From Geosiphon pyriformis uo1 (taxonomy: Eukaryota > Fungi > Glomeromycota): a stretch of DNA of 64,000 nucleotides. Numbering within the stretch: the first letter of the stretch is position 1; each line of letters opens with the position of its first letter. The stretch spans positions 1-64,000 of the forward strand of contig JAAOMT010000515.1 in the NCBI GenBank assembly GCA_016748015.1. Reading direction: 5' to 3'. Shown one piece after another: positions 48,101-61,700 of this stretch. The notes under the pieces are model-generated. The model saw nothing but the letters and a program-made list of their open reading frames with translations, searched no databases and had not been told where the DNA came from. Both the position numbers and the translations under genes were made by a program.

Positions 48101-51100
48101 AGATTTTAAGACAGCTGAGTTAGAGGCCAATTATGTCCAAGCTGTAAATTTAGTAATAAATGAATCATCTAACCTAGATTTCAAACTAAAGCATTTCAGT
48201 AATTCAATCAATCAGAAAATCAAAGGATACTTAGCTAACAATAATTAGGCAATCTATTAACTTCTACAATGATGTAGTAATTAAGAAAATGCAAACTGTT
48301 TCCAAAATTAGCCATGTTTATCCTTATCATCCAATCAGTTGTGGCAGCCAGAGATGCGTGTTTGCCACAACTGTGGTAAACAAGACCATATCCAAGCTAA
48401 CTGCCATTTTTATAGTAACATATAATCAGAAAATCAATATAGAAACTTTGATTGCAGACTTTAAACACCAAATCATTATGCAAATCAAGATCAATATCAA
48501 CCCACTTATCTGTCAATAATGTAGCAGCCTATTTATCAACCAACCATATATCAACTCCCAATTTATCAACAACAGCCACAAGTAATCTATTAACTACTAC
48601 AGTCACAAATAATTTATCAGACACCTGCAATTCAAACTTTACTATTAAATCCAGCTCAGATGACATTAAGAAACCCTAAATCAAGAGTTATCCAAAATTG
48701 GAGATCAGCAATAGTTGTTCACCAACCAATTCCCAGCTCTTCCATGCAACAATTAGGATTACAGTCTTGAAATTCAGGAACTGAGTATGTGCAAAACCTG
48801 AATTTCCAATACTATTTAAGTCTTCTGATTACTTCAGAAGATGTCCAACCCAATAACCTAGAAACCAACCAACAATCAACACTTACCAGTAACATTTTAC
48901 CAACCACTGTCATAGAAGATGAGTCACTCACAGCTATATTCTTCTTTGAAATTAACAAACTATCAAAAGTTCTTTTGTTTAGTGAAGCTATTTTCGAAGA
49001 AAAACCCATCACTGTAATGTACACTAATGCCAAAGTTGATGGCCACTTTATCAAACTAATCCTAAACAATGAATCAGCTGGCAGCATTATTACAAAATAA
49101 CTTATGAATCAATTAGGTCACCAAGTTGATTGAACTGCCAGCATGTAAATTATCATGGCTAATGGAATGACCAAAACTCCAATCAGTGGGATTAATGACT
49201 TCTCTATAAAAGTCAATGGCATTATCATGCCAATTAAGATATTAGTCATAGAAGCCACTTAATACCAAGCACTTATTGGTAATGATTGGCTGTCCAAAAC
49301 CAATGCAACACTTAATTAAAACATACAGAAGCTTTAACTTAGCCAGAACAGTTGACATATATGTATACCAATCATGTATGACCACTTCAAACCAACCACT
49401 AAGTTATCTGCACCACTCATTGAATTCAAGAAAGAAGAAGCAAAACCTACTTGAGAAGTCTATCAAGTGTCATGGGCTGATGACAACTACAATGAACTAC
49501 TGTCAATACTCTCCTAGAATGATAATAGAAAAGGAAAACAAAAAGAAGAACTTATTTGGAATACCAACCAAATTTGGGGAACTGACAATAACCCAGATGA
49601 ATTATTAACTTGAGAGTGTGAAGAAACTGACAAGGAAAAGAGAAAAAAAAAAAAGAAACAACATCCATCAGCACCACCACTTATAACTTCTACACCTATA
49701 CTACACCATAATGATCCACTTATCGCTGACCAAAGCTCATATGCATTGATTGTAACAAGAAATTGTCATCAATGGGCATATGCTGTAATGATAATAAGAA
49801 ATACCAGACAGCAACAAAATTTTATTACTGCCCATACATCCTAGAATGGTTTGGAAGACCAAAAAGGCAAGAAAAATGGAACAACAAATTTTGCCTAGCC
49901 TGTAAAACAATCTTGCCTAACAAAAAAATATAGAATGACATTCTTGGGTGTGAAGGAACCTGCAATGAAACATACCAATATATGATCCTAATCAATGACT
50001 GGGTATGCAAAAAAACTCTAATTAACAATGCATAAAAAAGAGCATTACAATGACTGGAAAAATATCTTCATAATAAACATGAAATCTGGAGAATGACGAG
50101 TGCGAAAACAGAAGACACAACCACCAGTGAACTATTAAAAATTAAAAACAACTCCTTATTTCTTCCAGAACATGAATACATTCCAATATTTGACATTTTC
50201 GGCAACATTGAAAATAATTCAAAAAAATTTCATAAGCATTACTAATGATTAGCATTCACTAAAGAAGAACAAAAACAGTATTTAGAACAGCTGAATATTT
50301 ACTTATGCAAACATTGTTTGATTCCTAATGACTTTAAGTATTGTAATGATTATAACCTCATCTACAATCCACTACTATGCATGATCTACACAATTTCAGA
50401 GAAAAAAGAACCAATTAGCAGCTGCACATTAGGATTAGAATCGGAACTTAATCCCAATTCAACCTCTACTAATGATAACAATAATTCAAACTCCACTAAT
50501 GACAATAATAATTAAACTCTGCCAACAACAAATTCAAACTCCACTTCAAACACCAAATAATATATTACACTTTTAAATATTACAATGGAGCAGGAATTAA
50601 CTCAATTCAGTAATAATAATAAGGGTATTATGTATAAACATGTACATAATACAAATGCAAAATTTGAAATTAATATTCTGAACAGACCACTATAATTAAA
50701 AACCCCAGTCACATATAAAATTAGAAATTACTGCAACAATATTGATACAAAAGAGAGATTTAGAAGATTTCGCAGAAGCTCAATATTAAAAAAAGGAATA
50801 ATGTTATTCATAGAATATAAGAATTAAATATTAGTACATAAATTAGCCAATCAGAATAAACATAATAAATAAGGAATTCTAGGATTCCAGGAATTTCAGG
50901 ATTCTTATGCAAGGAATTGCAGAATTTCAGAATTCTAAGATTCTTCTCAAAAAAAATTGCAGGATTCCAGGAATTTCAGAATTTCTGGTGTGAAGAATTA
51001 AGAAATTGAGGAATCTTAATTATGTATATATAGCAATAGTATTAAAAGCTAGAAAATTAGACTTCTAGAATCAATAGGACTTTCAGAGTTAATTAGACTT

Positions 51101-54100
51101 GCAAGTCATAATTATTAGAATTTTTTAGTTAGAGAATTCTTAGTTTAGATTTGATTTAAGCAACTTTCCACATTACAATTATTAATAAATAATTATTTAC
51201 TATCTTAATCTACTTTTCACTATCAATACTTTATGTTGATAGTAATTGACACTTAACCATACTGGAATAATAGCTCTTAATTATGACTATTGACAGAATA
51301 TTAACTTGTAATTGCTTTAGCTTATTTTTTTATTTTTTTTTATTTTTTTGTTATTTCTTTAATTTAACTAATTGATTAAGATTAAGCACTGAATTACTGA
51401 CATCAAGAATTGTCTGATAAAAGACTCTTGCAAGTAGGTAGAGCACATAAAGAATTATGGATTATTTACTAAAGGATTGCCAGCCATCAAGCAAAAGAAA
51501 AAAATTGACAGAATTGCAATTCTGAGAAGTTACAGATAAACAACTATTAAATCTCTGTCTATTATCTAAAGAACTCAACCAAAACTTTCAGATAACAATA
51601 CTTTTAGATCACTATTATTGTAAATAGCTTCTGAGCACTAAGTTACAGGTTTTGTTATTTAATTTAAAACCCAAATAATTATCAATAACAATGATAATTA
51701 GATATTTTATTAATATTAATGTAATTTTACTTCAAATTATAGAAAACTATCTTTTGAAAAGAAGAGTATTTTTTTTGAACTTTTTTTTTTTTTTCTGCTT
51801 CTAATACTTTTGTTATATATATATAATTTATGTTATATGAGATTTCTTAAAATTTTTCAATTTCTTTAAAAAATTCTGAAATTCTGGAATTCTAAAATTT
51901 CTCCTTTTATTATGCCTATTTCTGATTGGCTATTTTACTTACTATTATAATTTCTAATTTTTATAAGTAGTATTGTTCTTTTTTTTTAATATTGAGCTCT
52001 GTTAAAACCCTTTAAATTTCTTAAATTTTCTTTTTAGATTAGCTTTATAACTTTTTTCTCAAAAATTATTTGGGCAATATTGGTCTGCAATTTTTCAAAT
52101 TAAATATTAACAATTTTTTCCAATTAATTAATAGTTACCATATTTATTGTTAAATATAACAATATTTTTAAACAGTCTTAAAACTCTGTTTGTAATTAAT
52201 ATATTGTTTATGTCTGTATGAATAGATTGTTTTTTTCCACAAATTGTTCGAGTTATTATATATTGTTCTATTAAATATTTATTTGTTTTATCTATATATA
52301 AATTCTAAATATAAAGTTTTTATTCTAAGTAATAATAGCAAAAGTTTCTTGGAAATTGTTGTGTCTACTATTTTTAATTTTTTTTATTAACTTCTTATAT
52401 AATTTTGTTGTCTTTAATGTTTCTATAAATATTTTTACTTTTGTTATTATATTTTTTACTATATTTTTATGTTTTACATATACTTTATATTATATCTCAT
52501 ATTAGAGTTTCAGTTTTTTTTTAGTATTTTTATATTGAATAATTTGTTAATTAATTGTAATTTTTATGTTTAGTTGTTAATATTTGATCAATTGGAATAG
52601 TTGTTGAACTAGTAAATGAATATTGTTAATAATTTTTATTTTTTTATTTGCTTTTATTATATGTATTGGTTTTTTATATACTGTTCTTGTAAATTAATTT
52701 GATATGTTTGTGTAAATAATTATAATTGGTTCTAGATCTTGTAAAATTTTATCTAATTGAATTAATATTTTTTATATTTTTAGTTGTAAAATATTATATA
52801 TAAATAATAATACTATATTGTAATATGGTTTTAATCAATTTTTATGTGCTGTTTTAGCTAAGATTTTGTTGTTTTATCTTAATTTATAAGCTTTATTTCT
52901 TAGAATTTTTTCAATGTAAAATAGTCTGTCCTATTTGAAATCAAATTTTCTACTCTATTGTTTTTCTATTTTAATATAATATAAGAATACTTTGTTTTCA
53001 ATTTTGAATTCGACTGATTTATCTGATAACTGATTATCATGTTATTTTTTTTATTTTGCTTGTAATTTTTGTATGTTATTAACTGCTTTTTATCTTGTAT
53101 TTTCTAAAGTTTCTATTAAGTCATATGTTCTTTTCAAAAATGTTTTTTGAAAGTTGGTTTCTGTTATTAGTTCAGTTGAATATGTATTGATATTTATCTT
53201 AACTGGTATTATAGCTGTTTTATTATAGACTAATTTAAATAGTGTTGCTTATATAATATCTTGCTTTATTGTCTAATAAGCAAATAATACTAATAGTATG
53301 AACAAATCTTATTCATTTTGGTTTTTTTGGCTGATTTTGGCTATTGCTTTATATAATATTCTGTTGAATCTTTTAATTAAGCCAATTGTTTATGAATGAT
53401 ATAATGATGATAATAGTCTTTTAATTTTAAATTTTTGATTTAATTTTGTTAATGTTTTGTTTACAAAGTAAGTTCTTTGGTCTGATAACAATTTTTTTGA
53501 ACATTTATGTTGACAAATCAAATTTTGATATACAAATTTGGTTACAAATTTTGTATTTGCTTTTTGAATTGCTTTAGCTTCTGGCTATTTTGTAAGATAG
53601 TCTATAGCTACTGCTATATATTAGTTGTTTTTACTAATTAATATCAATAATTTAATTAAGTCAATTCTAATTTAATTAAATAGTTGTTTTACTTTGATTG
53701 ATTTTAATAATTTATTGGGTTTTATTTCTTTTTTTCTCTGACAAACATTACAACTTTAAACATATTAAATAATATTTGAATATATTGATAGCTAATAGTA
53801 TTTTTTTCTGGTTTTTTTTATAATTGCTTCTTTATGAAAATGTTTTGCAGTTAGATCTAAATACAAGTTGAACAATATTGTTTCTTTTTTTGGTTTTGTG
53901 ATTACTCTGAATGACTGGTTTTGATTTTTTTTGTTTTTTTAATATAATATATTTTGGTAAGTAATAAAATATTTTAATTGTTGTTTTATGTTGTTTTGTT
54001 TTTTTTGAAATAATTTTTTCTTGAACTGTTAAGTATTAATATAATATTAAAGTTGTTAATATTTTTGTGTGTTTATTTTTTGTTATATTTTTGGATTGAA

Positions 54101-54509
54101 ATATTTAGATTTGTTTTATTTATGATAAACTATTAACATTTCCATTTTTTTTCTCTTTTTATAATATATAATATAATTAAATAGTGATAATTATATTTTC
54201 TATCTTATATAATAATTATTTTCAAATTTTTGTTTCTGAATTAATATTAATTTTTTGTAATAAGTATATATATTAAACTTTTGACTTAAATATTTTTTCT
54301 ATTTAATGAAAGCCCAATAGATAGCTAAATATTCTAATACTAAAGTTTCATAGTTTTTTTTGGCTGAACTTAAACTTTAGTTAATATATGTCTTAAATGT
54401 TCTTATTTATCAATTTTTTTGTGACAATACAGCTTCTAATATTTGACTAAATGCATTGGTAGTAATTATGAATGATTTTTTATAATTTGAATAAATTAAT
54501 ATTAAAGCT
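45116..54509 (-). mobile_element. GyB-related copy B3 (3' LTR, ORF3, IN, RNase H), extremely AT-shifted; its LTR is interrupted by B2
   Basis: LTR pieces 45116-45648 and 51691-51971. Region 51972-54509 is collinear with 3194-5652 of B1. Confidence 0.8.
45649..51690 (+). mobile_element. GyB-related copy B2: non-autonomous (Gag-PR-Cys-rich, partial dUTPase; no RT, RH or IN)
   Basis: LTRs 45649-46578 and 50802-51690; PBS 46581-46597; PPT 50788-50801; TSD ATAA/ATGA. ORFs 46842-47135, 47991-48248, 48789-49100 and 50318-50515. Confidence 0.85.
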
Positions 54510-56259
54510 TATTATGCTATCTAATAATATTTTTTTGTTTGGCTGTATTGTTTAATTCTTTAATATTACATATAGCAATTTTCTAGTTAAATCTGTCATT
54601 AAAAAAAATTTTGTTGAAATATCTAAAACAGTATTTATTTAATCTAATCTAACTAACACTAAGCCAATCATGTCTTTAAGTACAGCCAATTTTAATTTTA
54701 AACCACTCATTTTAATTGTTAAATCTTAGAACTACTTGGACTTAAATCTAAAATATAGATAAAATTTGTGATTCATCCATAATTATACTCAAATTAAAAC
54801 TGGAATTCAAAGCTAAAAATAAAGCTGAAGCAAAAAATAAAGAAACAAAAGTTAGAAAAACCAATTTTATACTATTTATTCTGTGCAAAACACCAAAAAT
54901 CTAGTTAGTTAACAATTTTAATAAGTGTTTAAAAAAAATTAAATAAGTTTCAATAGACAAAACATTTTATTAAGAAGAAAAAATCTTAACAATATGCAAA
55001 ATGTTAAAGAAAGATAAACCAGAACCAGAATAAGACATTATTAGAAGTCAAAGATAATAAACCACTTATGTTCATAATTTGTTATCAGCAAAATAAGAGA
55101 TAAAAGTATTTTTCTTGGCATATAATTTGACCAGTTGCAAATAATTCTTATTTAAAACAAACTTTTAAATACTTTTAAAGACAGAAAAATAAAGACATCA
55201 AAAGCATCACACTTCAAAGCAAAATATTTAAAGTGCTTATATTTTTTACATCTAATTAAATTCAATTTAACTTAAGAAAATTTTGCATTATTTAGAATTG
55301 GCTCTGTACAAAATGCAGAATTCAAATTATTTTTTATCTTAAATTTAACTACAGTACAGTAAATCTTATTGCCAGTTTTAAATAACTGATTAATAATATA
55401 AGTTTTCTTATCAGTTTTTTTCAAAAAAATGCTAAAATCATGTACAATTATACTTATAGACAAAGTAAATAAAAGTGTTTTAAAACAATTTTTTAATATT
55501 CAAACATCTTAATTTTCTATAGTTTTTATTATATATACAAAGTTTTTATCAATTAGGAATAACTAATTAAATATCAATTAATCAGCTTAATTTGATTTAG
55601 CAAATTCTATTATAGTCTTCTATTAAAGTTTAATAAGTTGCAATTTAATAAACACAATTTGATTATATTTAGATATTACAGTAATAATTATTTTTTTAGG
55701 TGTATTTATAAAAATTTTTTTAATTACTACAGTCTAATCTGACTTAATTCTTTGTTTTTTGATATTGTTATTTATAATAATTCCTTTTTTTTTGGTAAAT
55801 AATACAGCTTTTTTCATGTTTTCTTTTAAAGTAAACATAGATTTAATAATTTGTTTAAATATTGAGAGAGTAATAACTTTTCTAAAACCATTAATTAATA
55901 AAATTTTTTTTCTAATTGTTTAAGTCTTTGCTGTTGCCAATTTATTCTTTACAGCCAAAAAATTAATGTCCAATATAAAATATTTCTTGACAGATACTTC
56001 TACTTAAGTTTTAATATCTTAAAATTAATTCATTTTTTATTTAAAAGCACTGAAAAACAAAAGAAAAGCACAACTTTATTATTATTTAAACTGTATTCTA
56101 ATATTCTAATAGAGAAGCCAATTATTCTACTAGTATTAATTTTTTTAGTTTTAAAAGTATTTATGTTTAAGTTAAAATAACTCTTATTTTTACTGTCAGT
56201 TTTATATTTAGCACTATTATTAACAAAAAAAACTATTAGCATCTTTTTATTAGTATTCA
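54510..56259 (-). mobile_element. Decayed LINE: ORF1 and first codons of ORF2 (APE)
   Basis: ORF1-like LLFTLSISIIVHDF...SAFCTEPI; ORF2 start MTDLTRKIAICNIKELNN (N-x-x-G-L-N-type APE start) at about 54520-54600. Confidence 0.6.
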
Positions 56260-56959
56260 NNNNNNNNNNNNNNNNNNNNNNNNNNNNNNNNNNNNNNNNN
56301 NNNNNNNNNNNNNNNNNNNNNNNNNNNNNNNNNNNNNNNNNNNNNNNNNNNNNNNNNNNNNNNNNNNNNNNNNNNNNNNNNNNNNNNNNNNNNNNNNNNN
56401 NNNNNNNNNNNNNNNNNNNNNNNNNNNNNNNNNNNNNNNNNNNNNNNNNNNNNNNNNNNNNNNNNNNNNNNNNNNNNNNNNNNNNNNNNNNNNNNNNNNN
56501 NNNNNNNNNNNNNNNNNNNNNNNNNNNNNNNNNNNNNNNNNNNNNNNNNNNNNNNNNNNNNNNNNNNNNNNNNNNNNNNNNNNNNNNNNNNNNNNNNNNN
56601 NNNNNNNNNNNNNNNNNNNNNNNNNNNNNNNNNNNNNNNNNNNNNNNNNNNNNNNNNNNNNNNNNNNNNNNNNNNNNNNNNNNNNNNNNNNNNNNNNNNN
56701 NNNNNNNNNNNNNNNNNNNNNNNNNNNNNNNNNNNNNNNNNNNNNNNNNNNNNNNNNNNNNNNNNNNNNNNNNNNNNNNNNNNNNNNNNNNNNNNNNNNN
56801 NNNNNNNNNNNNNNNNNNNNNNNNNNNNNNNNNNNNNNNNNNNNNNNNNNNNNNNNNNNNNNNNNNNNNNNNNNNNNNNNNNNNNNNNNNNNNNNNNNNN
56901 NNNNNNNNNNNNNNNNNNNNNNNNNNNNNNNNNNNNNNNNNNNNNNNNNNNNNNNNNNN
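56260..56959. other. Assembly gap (700 N)
   Basis: Run of n. Confidence 1.
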
Positions 56960-58791
56960 GTTTCCAAAGAGATATCAAATTAGAAAACATATTATTATTA
57001 AAAGATAACAAACTTACATAAAAGCCAGACATATCAACATTTTCAAACCCATACTTAGCTTTCAAAACAACCACTTTCTACTCCAACTTACTAACAACTC
57101 TGTTAAAAGTACTCATGTAAACCAAAACTTTATTAATTCTAAGACCAAGAGCAAAACTTAAAACCAGATCACAATTAATAAATTGTTCAAAAACTTTGAT
57201 CATAAAGCCAACAGACTTAACAATAGATTCAACCAAAACAGAAAGCTTGGCCAAATCAGGATTTCAGAAATGTTAATTAAGAAAATACCAAAAAATTTTC
57301 AACAGCCACAGAAAAAGCAGAAGCCACCAAAAGAGAAAACTCAGAAAGAACAGGGGGAACAGATGCTTTTGCATAAGACAAAGAACTAACAAAATGTGAT
57401 TTAAACATCTTGAGGGCTTTAGAAGAGAGAGGTAGAGCAATTTTGCAGTCCATAGCCAAGTGGCCTATCTCTTAATACTGAAAACAATATTAACAACCAG
57501 AGGTTTTCTATTAGATATGATATTTTCTTAGTGTATTAGTCTTTAGTATTGTAGCATTCAAATCAATCTGAGAACCAAATATAACCAAAGCAAACCAAAA
57601 ACAATAATTAAACTCAGAAGAATAGGAAATAAAACATGTCTGACCACCAACTTAAGAAATCATATCACTAATTTTAAAAACTGTATAGCCAAAGGGAAAA
57701 TTGACCAACTTGGCCTTAAATCTATTATAAGACAGAATAGTTTCATTTTGATTTACCAAAAAAAAAATTCTAATACTATCCTTGTTCACTAAAACTGACC
57801 AGTAATTGAGAGCAGATATAACAACATTCAAATTCTTAAAGTAAACAACAACATATTACCAAATACCAGCAGATTTTAACTAAATATAATAAATTTCACC
57901 AAAGACATCAAGAGTCATCTTAATATTAGCAGCAGATATACCCAAAGACACATCACACAATATAATAGCAGCAAAAGAAAAGTCAAACTCAGAAACCACT
58001 AAAAACTTGACAATTTTAAAAATAGTACTAAGCACCAAAAAGGAGGCCACTCACCCAGTAAATCTTTAATAACTAGTAATAATTTCTCAAGCACTATTAG
58101 TGACAGCACCAGAAACCAAAAAAGAAGATAAATCAGTTTCTATCTGATCAGTCCAGTTCTCAAAAACAAAGTAACCCAATAGAAGATGGTTGTTTTGCTT
58201 CCAGAACTGGTGAAAATTTGCCAGAAGACACCATATTAGGCAACACAATTAGTAATTGATTTTGGTCTATCTTGAAAGATGTACTGGATAATACAGTAAA
58301 AATTTCACCTAAAATATCAATTGGAACCACAAAGAGGTTTGATGTAATAATAATAAAAACAAATAACTGCTCTTACTTTTCTGAACTTTTGGTTTTTTTG
58401 ATCATTTTTTTTGAAAAAAAGATATTAGCAATACCAAATATTGAAGTTATAGAAAAGAATACCAGCTTGTTAACTGATTATTTATTAAACACTTTTGAGC
58501 TCTTAGTAAAAGTAAAGGCAATACTGAGACTAACCTAAATATATTTTTTTGAAGAAACTTTGACTGATAAAAAACTAGTCAAAGATAAAGAAATTGCTTC
58601 AATAGCTATCAAAAACAGCTTTTTATGATTATTAGGTAAAGAAAAGACTTCTAAAACGTTTTGTTTAGTTGTTTTTATTACAGAAAGAGCTCTTTTGGTT
58701 GAAATTTTATTAGATATCTCAGAAAAAATATCAATTGCAGCTTTTTTACTTTTTGCTTTGGTCATGGTCATAAAATTAAGAAAACAAAAAG
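56960..58791 (-). mobile_element. HAL1-like element, divergent subfamily (3' end falls in the gap)
   Basis: MTMTKAKSKKAAID...NKISTKRALSVIKTTKQNVL parallels MTINRAKSKKVAN...; MAMDCKIALP...LSYAKA; same short leader. Confidence 0.7.
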
Positions 58792-61700
58792 TATTTATTT
58801 ATTTATTTTTTTTATTTATTTATTTAACGAGTGAGGTTCAAATACTACCTAGTACAATACATCATACTAGTGATCTAAACTAGGTATGAATCATGCTTTT
58901 TCTATACGTGACCAGCCACTCAGACTAGTCAGGACAACACTAGGCACCTATATGCACCGAGACCAAGTTACCAACATCTGAAAAGAATAAACAAGATTTA
59001 CGAAACCCAAAACTAACACCAAGTGCATCAACAATACCCAACAATCTAACCACACCAGACGAAAGCACCAAAGAAAGACCAGAAACTGAGACAGGAATAG
59101 AGCCATCACATGGGATCAAGCCACCTTTCTCCATAACAGCTCTGTGTTTCGCACACACCAGCCAAATATCATCATGGAATACAAGACAGAATTCGCAAAC
59201 AAATGCCACAATATTTTGAGCCGTGGTTTTAGAGTCCTTGAAAACAAAAAGAGATTCACGATACCACTCATTGAAAACAAAGCCCTTACATATAGCCGTA
59301 CTAACAACAGCATCGGAAGCGCAAGCAGAAAACAACTGTGAAACACATGAAGTCGAGTGAAATAAACCTGAGCATGTTTCCCAAACAGATGCATAAGCAT
59401 TCATCAACCGAGCATGATCACCAGCATTGAATGGGCACGAAAACACATGATCTGAAATCTCAACATCACCACAGAACAAACACATCACACTGGGGTACCT
59501 CTTATCGTAAAGTCGCTTTCGCACAACAACAGGAAGATGATGATGCAATGCCTCCATAAAATATGTCCGAAAACCAGCAGTATGAGCACTAGTGAAACCA
59601 GTGGCCAAATGAGAGTTCGGATGCCACACCAAACATGATTTGAACCAATCAACATCAGCACATAGGCTGTCTACCAATACCCAAGAACCAGAACCGACTT
59701 CCCAATGTGCACGGTGAATAGAGCAAAAAACACCATGAACAAAATGCCTAGAATTACCAGAAACCACAGTACCGCCAGCCTTGAGGAAATGTTCATTGAT
59801 CCTGTGAGGAAGATGCACACCAGAAAACGCAGCAGTTCTAACCAAAGTGTCAGCATGCTCATTGCCCAAGACTCCAGAGTGACCACTAACTTTAATCCAA
59901 TTAACATCTAAATTTTTGCGATGAATGATATTAGAAATATGGTGGCGTTCGACCCAACACTGATTCCTGAAATCAGGACACTCCAACAATAACTCTGATT
60001 TGTATGCATCCAAAGTGGCCTGGCTGTCCGAAAACAGATTAACCGGATGAAAAGGAGGAACACACTCGAGAGCCAAAGCAATGGCCTGCAGCTCTGTCAT
60101 GGTAGAAGAAACCAAACCAGAAACTTTCACACCCAAACCCAAATCAATGTCCTCAAAAAAAACAGCTGCTCCAGCCTTTATACCAAGAGTACCCAGCCCA
60201 CACAGAGAACCATCCATAAACAGAGAAAGGCGATCGGAATCAACTTCCAATAAGCGATTGCAAACAACATCAAACTCGCAAGACCCAAGTACATTAGACG
60301 AGTCGACATCCAGCAGCAAAAGAAAACAAACAGGAGATGACCCAGAACCAGACAAAAAGTGAACAGCAGCATTGAACCAATCAGGAATCGGGCCCCAAGG
60401 GTCCAGTCTCTTTCACTGTTTGAAAGTCCCTCATTCGAAAACAGAACCAGTTTGATTGCGAAGCTGCTCAACAAAGACAATTCCATATCGCCGAAGTGAA
60501 GAAACACATTTATAAAAAGTAAATTCACCAAGAACAATAGACATTGGGATCCCCTTTTGAAAATGAAAAACATTGGTCACAAGACCACCCAGAGAAAGGT
60601 CGCAACCCAAAAAAATCCAGACGACACCAGCCAAAAAATTATTCAAAGGACTGACATTAATACGAGAAGAGAAAAGCAGGGAGTGATGAGGGTGCCAGCT
60701 AAGAACCTGTAAATCATGAGACCTATGTGCGAACAGGTGGCCCAAAATACCCACTGAATTGGCAAAACAAACAACAGCAGTTGACTTGTTCTCAGCCTGG
60801 ACCTGTTCAAAAGATTTCAACCTGTACAGAGAAAGATGATGAATAGCATCATTGAGGAAGTCGAGCAGCAGGCCAGATTTGGACTTCAAACCTTTATGAA
60901 TCATAGCATCCCATTTTGCACACACACTAATAGGAACAAAACTAAACTGAGTCCTGTAGGCAATTATGAGATGAAAAACCGCTGACACCAAATACGAGAA
61001 CTGCTTATCAGAGATAGCCTTTCTCAGAACAAGGTTGGTAAAAAACCAGACATCCAAGTGTGTCTTAGCCAAGCTAGGCTTCGACAAACCTTCAGTAGAC
61101 AGAAAGATACCCAGGTACTGGTGAGGCTCTCCCCTTTTGGCTATCGAAATAGGCAAACCACTGATTAACAAATGAGGGCTGGAAACCCTGCAATTAATGA
61201 GAATGGCCACCGTTTTGTCATTATTGATCAAAATGTCATTGACTCGAAAAAACTCACTAGCAACATTGAGAATATGTTGGGTGGCAGCCTGGCTGCTACC
61301 AATCCAAATTGTATCATCGACGAAAGCACCAGCAGCGAGGAAAGAAGTCAAACCAGCCCGAAATTTAGTGCGACCAGTGTTGGCAACAAAACGAGAGTCT
61401 AACCTGTATCTGCATATACTTTTTTGTCTCTTGACTTCACACAAAAGGGGATCATAAAATATGCGCCAGAGAAGAGGAGAAAACACCTCCTCTTGATCCA
61501 AACCATCATGTACCCAATATCCATCAGTCAACCCAAAATCTGTCATAACTCTGTTGACCCAATCATTGTGGATACTACCAAAAAACCGAATGAACTTGTT
61601 ACACATTTTTATTCTGACCAAGCTCTTTCTCAGATGCTCCCAGCTAACTGAATTATAAGCCTTTCACATGTCTTGTAAGACCAGCCACAGCTCTCGGTTT

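Noticed and set aside
56250-57074. Long ORFs of 274 and 236 aa
   Set aside because: Artefacts of the N gap.
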